Positions 54,801-64,000 of a stretch of DNA of 64,000 nt are shown here, piece by piece. A program made the position numbers and the translations under genes. The DNA comes from Epiperipatus broadwayi (lineage: Eukaryota; Animalia; Onychophora). Positions within the stretch are counted from its first letter, which is position 1, and each line of letters begins with the position of its first letter. A model generated the notes under the pieces. The model ran no database searches and was not told the origin of the DNA. It saw only the letters and a list, made by a program, of their open reading frames with translations. Location of the stretch: assembly GCA_028023455.1 (NCBI GenBank), contig JAQFVV010000010.1, positions 11,036,001 through 11,100,000 on the forward strand. Reading direction: 5' to 3'.

Positions 54801-55261
54801 GTGAGAGGTAACTGTATGAAGAGTTTTGCCTGTTTTAATGATGATTTTACAATAAGTGAAAATTCAAAATAAAATATTTATTATAAAAAAGATCAAAAAC
54901 CTACATCATCATCTGATAAAGTATATAGCTCATCATTTGTACCCCTCCTTCATGTACATATTAAAAGGTGAAAAATATACAATTCTAAAGTGAATTTGCA
55001 TAATGTATATCCATAGATAGAAGAGCTATATAAGATGTAACCTAATCAGCCGTAAGTTGTAAAGGTCACATCTGTGTGTTCACATTTATCTGTTTTTATA
55101 TATTCTCTTATTATTATTTAATATATATTTTTAAAGAAAGTATTTATTACTGCAAGTTGAATTGAAATTTTACAATTTAAGAATAAGCGCTGTTCAATAA
55201 TTTATAGGAATTTTTGTAGATTTTCACTTTATATCAACAATGAAGATATTTATTTTGCTAG

Positions 55262-55426
55262 GTTTGTATGGTGACATGATTAATGAAATGGCAGGAATTG
55301 TTGGTGATGTTTTATCTACAGTTAAACAGTATAATATAGAAGAAAATACGTTAGCCTTTTTTATTTCTGATAATGGGCCTCATATAGAACTATGCCTCGA
55401 AGGAGGAAGTCCGGGAATATTAAAAG
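55262..55426 (+). CDS. Next internal exon of the same arylsulfatase
   Basis: Acceptor tttgctag|GT. Translates (G)LYGDMINEMAGIVGDVLSTVKQYNIEENTLAFFISDNGPHIELCLEGGSPGILK(G), carrying the YGD..EM, NTL.FF.SDNG and GG..G..KG sulfatase motifs. Donor G|GTTAGC at 55426/55427. Confidence 0.92.
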
Positions 55427-55749
55427 GTTAGCAAAATATCTTCAGTATACATTTTAAAAATTCTTTTTATTTGCACACGTACATTCTTGTTACACACAGA
55501 TAAAAAAAAATTTAAGGTAAAATACTATAGTCAAATATTTTTATTATTTTTAAAATAAAAAATTTAAGTTTATTAAAAACAGATTACATTTTACAAAATA
55601 TTTAATCTGATATTCTCATAGATATATTTGCATATGCATATGAAAGGTTCCTGTGCTGTTACATCTGCCTAATATATATATAATTTGAGTTTGAATCCAA
55701 GATTGAATAAACTTAACTTTTTTCCCAAATTCGAATAAATCTTAGCATA

Positions 55750-55852
55750 TTTTTTTTTTTTCCATATGCCATAGCATCGGCCGGGAGATGAACCCACAAC
55801 CGTCTGCAGCCAATTACTTGCTTGCAAGACGACTGCGATGACCTCTCGGCAA
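55750..55852 (-). mobile_element. tRNA-derived SINE copy (divergent)
   Basis: CATATGCCATAGCATCGGCCGGGAGATGAACCC...GACCTCTCGGC. Confidence 0.65.
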
Positions 55853-57009
55853 CTTCATTCATAACCTGTAAATTATGTCTGGCAATCATTAGAAAACGAA
55901 GATTATAAAAAAATACTTAAACTCTCATCAGCTAGAAATTGGCAAAGCGGGTGAAGTTGGCGTGGAATAGGCTATATGTGATGAATTGAGGCAAACATAA
56001 TTTTTAGTTTTCTGTAAAATATAGTATTTTAAAAAAAATCAAGACATCTATTATCCAACTCCAATGCCAAAGCATTGAAAAAATTATTGATTATGAGATC
56101 AGCTTGCATGTGGTATTAACTGATTCTTTTCTGTTAAAAGGTGCTGGAATTTCACAGTTTCTATTCTATTTCGTTATAAAAGATCAACAACATAAAAATT
56201 AAAACATCTTTACATTTCAATTCAAGCTAACTTTTTATAAGGCTAATATTAGATCAGCAATTATCAATTATTATATCAATTTCAGTTATAAATAACAGCA
56301 GGTAACATTGGTCTTTAAATAAACACTATTTTTATACTAATTTTTAGCTAATTGGTATTTTTTGATTAAGATTCTGGGCACTACCATTGAATTCAGACAG
56401 CTTACAATATTCAATGTTTGGAATTGAATTAAAAATGATAACAGTATCTATTTCCATGTAAGCACCAAAAGTTTATAATGCTGAGTCTAATTATTGTATA
56501 AAATATATTGTTGATGATCATTCTGCTGAATACAAACACACATCTGTGTAAATATGTAATACGTTTAATACACAGTGTCTGAGATAGAATTTAAATATAC
56601 ATGTAGTAGTATCTTCCAATAATGACAGGTTAGAGATCAAATTCAGCTGTTAAGAAAATATTAAATGGATTAAGTCCTTTTTTCACTGAGAAATGCTTTA
56701 ATGACAAAGCAAAAAATCTTAATTCTATTGTATATAATATGTATTTTACATGGTTTGGTGCAGTGATAGAATGGTAGATTATGGAATTCAGGTCCATGGA
56801 TCATGACCTAATACTGACACTTTTGATGCTTAAACTTCGTATGAAAGCCTGAGCAATAAACCATTGGATTATTTTTCTATGGATTATGCTTTTGCAATTT
56901 TGCAAGATCTATTAAGCAATGATATGAAAGTAAAACAAATCTTATGTATTTTCTTTATTTATAATGACAAATATAAATTTGAAAATAAATATATTTATTA
57001 ATGAACTCA

Positions 57010-57596
57010 CTATATGTATTGCCACACACAGCAAGCTAGAGTAATCAATGTATGCCAGAAGGCTTGTGCATAAAATCCCCATCTAGTGCCTACTCATCCA
57101 ATATCCCCAGACTAGTTTCTGGCTTGTGGCCTTCATCAGTGAGGAGCCTTGGATCTGAGAGCACTGCACCTAGATCTTAGGATCTAATGCAACCCTCCAG
57201 CAGCCACCTTTTATCTCCACTGAGAGGAACCTTAGATCTGAGAACACTGCACCTAGATCTTAGGATCTAATGCAACCCTCCAGCAGCCACCTTTTATCTC
57301 CACTGATCTCCACTGAGTGGAGATAAAAGGTGGCTGCTGGAGGGTTGCATTAGATCCTAAGATCTAGGTGCAGTGCTCTCAGATCCAAGGCTTCTCATTG
57401 ACGAAGGCCACAAGCCAGAAATTATTCTGGGGATATTGGATGAGTAGACACTATATGGGGATTTTATGCACAAGCCTTCTGGCATCCATTGATTACTCAG
57501 CTTGCTGTGTGTTGCAATATGTATAGTGAGTTTTGCCTGTTTTGACAACAGTTATACACAAGCATAAGAGGTGATGGTCATGTGATGTTTATTGGC
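57010..57596. mobile_element. Family A (A2) head-to-head foldback with internal ~80-bp duplication and 11-15 bp TSD
   Basis: TTATTAATGAACTCA at 56995-57009 and 57597-57611; palindromic centre ATCTCCACT-G-AGTGGAGAT at ~57306-57324. Confidence 0.92.
57096..57154 (-). ncRNA. Type I hammerhead ribozyme, intact core (family A)
   Basis: Reverse complement identical to the consensus HHR at 25607-25665. Confidence 0.82.
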
Positions 57597-59079
57597 TTAT
57601 TAATGAACTCATTTCATTTCTAATTTAGCATTTAAAATACTTAATTTACATTATTCTTTTATCATTAGCACTAAACATAGATATGATTTGGTTAACAAAA
57701 TTATTATGTATATATTTACAAACCTTGAAAAATTGCTAGAAAAAGAAAGTGCATGGCTAATTGAAGCAGATAAACAAAGTGAATTACCAAAAATAAAATA
57801 GTACACAGTATATTTTTCAACCCAGATATTGAATGCATATTTCACCAATACCACCATAAAATAGCATGGACATATGGTGTCTTTATATCAAATCACTTTA
57901 ATCAGATATATTAGATTAATTACTTTTTAACAGAATTATAATTGTACACAAATAATAATAATAAAATATATATACTTTTTAAAGTAGTTTTTATCATCAA
58001 AATTAAAAAAAAAACCTGAGTTATTTTTCTCTTTTAAAATAAAAACTTGATTATTTATTTTTAAAAAAAGCCATTGAACATAATTTGAAAAAATGATTGT
58101 AATTTTATTTTAAAATATAATAGTAATCTAAAATAAATACAATTTTCATAATTATTTATTCATTTTGATATTATTTTATTTCCAATCTTAATGACAAAGT
58201 AAAATATTAATGCTATTGTGGGTATTATATATTTAAAAAAATATAAATATCAAATTTTTAAATATATTTTTATTTAATTAGTCAACTTATTTTAACTGTA
58301 ACATTAATACCTTATCAGACAGTGACAGTTAATTTTAATATAATCCAAAAAGTAAGGAATAAAGGCTATCATTTTCAAAGTCAATAACAAATAAATTTGA
58401 TGTTCCATGAAGTTCTTTTAAAATATTAGTGCATCTACCTGTCCAGAATCTGGAATCAAGTCAGCACTTAGTAAATCTTAGCAACTTTTTTAGTCATAAA
58501 TAGTCTTAGAATTTTTTCAGGTATATGGTCCATAGCCAATTCGACTACCATCCAATAATGATTGGTAAATGAGTATCTAGCTATTTTAGTTAATGAGAAG
58601 GTTTCAGGTAAATCTGAATTGGTCAATTGAGTATTGATATTCTAACTATAAAAAAAGGTTATAATATGTTACAATATCCATATTCCTAAAGTTGTTAAAA
58701 CCAGAATTTCCCTTTTTCCCCTATCATTTTTACTTCATCCTTATTTAACTGAAAATGGTAATACTTTTTCAGATATTTTTGTGAATATACAAGCAATGTA
58801 ACTAAAAATCTGTTATAACAATACAAATTTTAAATAAATATTATTTTCTATAGCATATCCAATAGTCTATATTTACAATGCAATCAAATAAAATATATTC
58901 CTTGACATTTTCTTACAGTTTCAACAGATCAGAAATCTTCATCAGAGCTAAAATATTCAAATATCTATGCCCATAAAAATTAGTACATATTTATGCATGA
59001 CTAATTATAATTATATAACACCCTATGTATAATAATTTACGCTACAAATTTTATGAAAACAAATATTTTAATGAACTTT

Positions 59080-59830
59080 ATAGTTATATATAATTGAAAT
59101 GAAAAATAACTACCTCTACTAAGTTATGTGACACCAAAAATCATGAAAGACAGAATATTACCATTCTATCTTTAAGCTCTCTTATTATATAAATATAGTT
59201 TTTGATGTAGTTTTGAAATTATATGGTGAATTTTATTCATTGTTTTAATTTATGTATAATCTAAATAATATGAAATCACATTCTTGGAGTCTTACTTTGA
59301 ACAAACTCTGAATGTTATATATCATTTTTGATTGTCAAGCATTGGTGGTCGAGAGGTCAGCACAGCTGCTTTACAAGCAGTTGTCCTGGGTTAGCGGGTT
59401 CGCTTCCCAGCCGTTGCTATAACACATGAAAAAAAAATCTGAATGTTAGATAAAATAGTAGTTTTTACAAATATAATAATAAATAATTATAACTTTTTTA
59501 AATGGATGTAATTAATATGAAAGTAACTACTGCCCACCGAGTAATGTGATATCAAAAATAGTAAAAGACAGAGTGATGCCACTGTGACTTTATGTTCTGT
59601 TGTTATATAAGCTTAGTTTTGGATGTACTTTTGAAATTATAGAGTGAATTTTATCTATACATAAACTAAATCAATAATTCACCCTATAATTTCAAAACTA
59701 CATCAAAACTAAGCTTTTATAATAAAAGAGCTTACAGAGTGGTATCATTCTGTCTTTCATTCTTTTTGATGTCACATATCTGAGTAGTAGATAGTTACTT
59801 CTATTTCAATTATGGATATTTAAAAAAGTT
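59080..59830. repeat. ~160-bp unit present twice in direct orientation and once inverted
   Basis: Copies at ~59080-59240, ~59500-59660 and inverted ~59675-59830. Confidence 0.65.
59335..59438 (+). mobile_element. tRNA-derived SINE copy (tRNA-Gly-like ends, A-tail)
   Basis: GCATTGGTGGTCGAGAGG (A box) ... GGGTTCGCTTCCC (B box) ... CACATGAAAAAAAAA. Confidence 0.85.
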
Positions 59831-60189
59831 ATGATTATTTAATATTACACTAATACTTATATATTTTTACACCTTCTCAACAATGTTCTTATAAATTTCA
59901 ACTTCGTATTTTGTATTCTTATTTTTATATGATTTTTTTAAATATATTTTTAATAAATATATTATTTTACATAACATTTTAATAATTTAAATTATTTTTA
60001 TCGTGAATTACTTAATTACAATACAGTTATATATTTCTAATTTTTCCAATGTTTTTAATTCTTTTTTCTTAATAATCCTATCTTTCTTCAACTCTAAAAA
60101 CTTTTTATCTCTCAAAAATTTAAATCGTTTTATATTTTATATACTAATTCTCACACAAACATATAATTTCCTAAGCTTACACAAGCAAT

Positions 60190-60352
60190 TATTAACAGTA
60201 GCAAGCTCTCCATATGGTGCCAACTAGTGCAAGCTTTACTAATCAATGGATATTGGATGAGTAGGCACTAGATGGAGATTTTATGCACAAACCTTCCTGT
60301 ATCCATTGATTATTAAGGCTTTCACTAGGTGACACTACTGTATGGAGAGTTT
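60190..60352. mobile_element. Degenerate family A foldback
   Basis: CTCTCCATATGGTGCC...ATCAATGGAT followed by TTGGATGAGTAGGCACTAGATGG...GGAGAGTTTT. Confidence 0.75.
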
Positions 60353-60929
60353 TCTATACTAAGTCTCTCTATGAGATTTTTAAAAACTATTTCCTATCTA
60401 TTTTTAATGTATATATTTATTTAATAAACTATATTTTTTATAAAAGTAATGTTTAAAGCTCAAATCTTTACTTAAAGTTTGTCTAATATTTTTAAATATA
60501 ATAGCTTTTTTAATTTTTCTATTCTTAAGAAATAGGAAAATTGAAGCTATTAGGGATAGAAAAATTAAAGAATCTATCATAATTAAAAATATTTGACCAA
60601 TTTAAATATTTGTAAATGAAAATATAGTTTATTAAATAAATATTTAGATTAAAAAATACCCACTAAGAAAGTTTGTATATAAAATATAAGACGATTTTAA
60701 TTTTTGTCTGTTAAAAAGTTTAAGAATTGAAGGGATGAAAGATTATAAAAAAAATAATTAAAAATTTGGGGGAAAATAGAAAGATATAGTTATATTATAA
60801 TTAAGTACTGCATGATTAAAACTGTAATAAAATAATTAAAGTGATAAAAATAAGTTAAATTATTAAAAAGTTTAAAAGTATATACATTTCTACAAAAAAA
60901 AATCAAATAAAAAAAATAAGTTAATATTT

Positions 60930-61038
60930 TTTTTCCCCCATGTGTCATAGCATCAGCCGGGACGCGAACCCGCTAACCCAGGACAACTGCCTGTAAAGCA
61001 GCCGTCACTGACCTCTCGACCACCAATGCTTGATAAAA
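60930..61038 (-). mobile_element. tRNA-derived SINE copy with 12-bp TSD
   Basis: AAGTTAATATTT at 60918-60929 and 61039-61050; CpG-rich, best-preserved copy. Confidence 0.88.
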
Positions 61039-61039
61039 A

Positions 61040-61720
61040 AGTTAATATTTCATATATAAAATTCAATAAAAAGATTGTCCTCCTTTTTTCTTTTTAAAAA
61101 TTTTATTTATTCACATGAATCCATATATATATATATATACTTCAAAAGTACATTATTTTAATCTTTCCTAGTTTCAACTACTTTTCTGTAGTTATTATCA
61201 AGGATCTACAAAATATATTTATATCTACATTATTAATATAAATATACATTTTTTAAATATAATATAATAACATTTCTTTATCATCTACCTATAATTCTTT
61301 TTTTATTTTTTTATTAATTACATTTACTTATCTCCCTATATTCTTTTAATTTTTATATATTACCGTTTGTTTGTTTTTTTACATCTTATAAAAACATTAA
61401 CAAAAACACCAATACTAACAATGTAAAAAAAATTGGTAATATATAAAAATTAAAAGAATATAGAGAGGTAAGGAAATGTAATTTATATAAAAGAATTACA
61501 GGTAGATGATAAAGAGATATTATTATATTATGTTTTAAAAAATGTATATATATCTTTTTTGCACATCTTGATGACTATATAAAAGTAATCAAAATGTAGG
61601 AAAGATGAAAATAATATATTTTTTAAGTATATATATATAGATTCATGTGAATAAATAAAGTTTTTAAAAAGAAAAAAGGAGGACAATATTTTTATCAGAT
61701 TTTATATATGAAAGATTATT
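61040..61720. repeat. Large AT-rich foldback with U3:A8 hammerhead relics (61167-61203 minus, ~61566-61602 plus)
   Basis: Arms ~61040-61380 and ~61430-61720; approximate consensus UCC UUGAUAA ..GACUAC..GUAGUC GAAA CG UA^ GGA. Confidence 0.6.
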
Positions 61721-64000
61721 TTTGGAACTATATTTTTTAAAGAAAAAAAAAGTTTTATTGTTATTAATTTTATTAGTAATTATGGTGATATTTTAAAGGT
61801 AAATTTTTAAGTTAATATTTATAATATTATTTAAAAAGTGTCAATTCTTTCTTTCACCTTATGTTTTTTTTATACATTGATACAATTATAAAACAATTAA
61901 ATAAATTCAATATTTGCCTAAAGTTTTTTTAATCATTAAGTCAATGTTTATTTTATTTTTTTCTCAATTAAAGTTTTGACTAACCAGCAATCTTTTTCAG
62001 AGCTTAAAATATATATGTATACATGAAAACACAAAATTATTTTGATCAAAATAAACAAAATAAGCATTGTAGCTAATCATAAATTGAATCTTTTTTGTAT
62101 CCTATTATATATATGCTAAATGTATAATCTCATTATAATAAATTTAAAGACCATAAATTTTTACCATTTTATATAATTTTTTCCTTCATATTAATTAATA
62201 TTATTATAATTATAAAAATATAGCTAACTTTAAAAATCTAATTTTTTTCACCTATTAAACATTTTTTTCTTTAGATAAATAATAGAAATTTAATAAGTAA
62301 AATTAAAATAAACAATTAAAAAACCTTAGTAAATGATAAAACATTATAAGTTTTTAAAATTAACTATGTATTTATAATGGCAATATTGAATTAATATGAA
62401 GAAAAAAAAAGAAAACAAAATTATATAAAAGATAATGCCTTAGTGCTTTTAACTTTATTAAACACAAATGTAAATATAAACTTTGAGAGTATATATATAT
62501 TGAATTAAATATTTCCATGGATTAGTATTATAATAAAGAATAGAAATGAGGAGCCTCAGAGATTGACATTTAGTAGTAATTGATAATTTCTTGGCAACAG
62601 CAGAAGTTAAAGATTATCTCTGTTTACCAGGATATGAATTCCTCATTTCTATTCATTATATATATATATCCAAGTCACATATTACATGACCTATATAGTT
62701 TGTACTTAACAATATGTAATAAAGAGCATGCCAATATTTTTAAACAAGTTTATTTTATTATTTTTTATTTATTTTTTATATGATAAATGCTACAAGCATT
62801 CAAATACCCACCTATGACTGTCCCCACCCCCAGATTGTCCCTGAGCCATGGCTTTCCTCAGTGAGGAGCCAGGCTACCAGATTCAAAAATACCAACTCCA
62901 GCCAAGCATTTATCTAATACTTAAATGTTAAGAAGAACTGAAACTTTCAGTCATCTAATGTCTTTAAATTCAGCTCTCCAACTAAAATAGCTACATGGGC
63001 CTAAATATATATATATACTGTAACCTTTGGCTTTGCTAATAAGGCTGATATTTCATTTTTTATGATATTTAATAATAATAAAAATTTATAAGGAGAAATT
63101 TTCATTGAGTTAAACTATCTTTGCAAATTATATTTATTAAGATTAAATAAGCATATGCAAATCTAAATAATAAATTATTTAAAGTATTTTGGTCATAAAT
63201 AAATGTAATTGTATTTTACTTTATTGTTTTGTCAAAGTACTTTAACTTTTAGGTTGACAGAGCGGCCATATTGAATATTTAAATAATTATGTTAACCCAC
63301 AAATTTTATCAAAATATATGTTTGTATTACTAAAAAATGATATAATATATATTGTGTTAAAGATCAAACACCAAAGAATGTAATTAAGCAGAAAAAAATA
63401 TAGTCCTTGATATTCAAAGTAATAAAAAAAATAATAAAAGTTAATATTTCTAATAATTATTTTCATATTATTTCATAAATTCTAAATTATCATGCATTCA
63501 ATTTAAAATTATATTTTTGCTAGTGGGTTAATTGGATTCATTATAAAATTTCTAAAAAATAAGTATATAATAACACTTACCTAAGGTAATTTATCACTTG
63601 AACACTTCATAGAATAAAGACATTAGTACCTTTCATTTTTCTCTGTAGCCCTTCAAAATGTATTTCCATACAAGGGTGTGCAATGTATATGTCATCCCTA
63701 ACAACATCCCCTATAACTTAATATTGATCAATAATTAATATAATTTGAATATTATAATAAAGAACTTCAATACTGTTTGTAATTTATTAAAATGTACTAC
63801 TAAAATAGTCACTATATACAAAATAAAATAATAAAATAAAATAAAAAGTGAATGAAATACTAAATTCATTATAGAGTTAAGCTTGAGGTACACAAGTTAG
63901 TAGTTTAGGGTCAGTGCAATGTAGTATTATTTATCCTATTTTTGTAGGTTTTGAGGGCTCATATTGCTTCATGCTACTATGACCATAAATTTAGTAATAG

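Larger units (their letters stand above)
1706..55261 (+). other. 53,556-bp GT-AG intron of the arylsulfatase gene
   Basis: Phase-1 donor at 1706 and phase-1 acceptor ending at 55261 join to give SSKRG-LYGD, which is contiguous in homologous sulfatases (S.RG.YGD). Confidence 0.85.

Noticed and set aside
15170-57548. Similar short ORFs containing NQWMxEGLCIK (15170, 16317, 46871, 57357)
   Set aside because: They are translations of family A; starts, frames and stops are not conserved between copies.
59338-59420. Functional tRNA gene
   Set aside because: Anticodon loop differs between copies, spacing is non-canonical, and A-tail plus TSD indicate a SINE.
3774-60352. Family A as a CRISPR array or simple satellite
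   Set aside because: No unique spacers or cas genes, eukaryotic context, and copies are dispersed with TSDs.
3774-61720. Palindromes as assembly or whole-genome-amplification chimeras
   Set aside because: Arms differ by many substitutions and indels, and several composites are bounded by TSDs, indicating old biological events; raw-read confirmation is still advisable.
62825-62880. GC-richer hairpin GGCTTTCCTCAGTGAGGAGCC as an HDV-like ribozyme
   Set aside because: Could not assemble the P1-P4 nested pseudoknot; it partly resembles a family A scrap.
63948-63982. Candidate next sulfatase exon (tttgtag|GT TTT GAG GGC)
   Set aside because: Reads GFEGSYCFMLL then stop; the expected GK...WEGG.RVP motif is absent.

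Overview
Very AT-rich, CpG-poor animal (probably invertebrate) genomic DNA. Two exons of an STS/arylsulfatase-family sulfatase gene (1477-1705 and 55262-55426, + strand) join in phase across one 53,556-bp intron (..SSKRG|LYGD..). The intron is filled with transposable elements: a decayed Ty3/Gypsy element, a gag-only LTR element, LINE and Penelope fragments, hAT and mariner MITEs (one looks like a SPIN/URR1 MITE) and a tRNA-derived SINE. The most striking component is an interspersed family with a ~455-bp unit (family A, ~15 loci). It encodes a type I hammerhead ribozyme (HHR) with satellite-2-like architecture, shows compensatory base changes, and is usually inserted as head-to-head foldback composites bounded by 12-15 bp target-site duplications. 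This fits a non-LTR retrozyme (putative circular RNA replicon). At least six further, unrelated minimal HHR families are present, several with a U3:A8 core instead of C3:G8. All coordinates and alignments were read by eye, and repeat edges are approximate.
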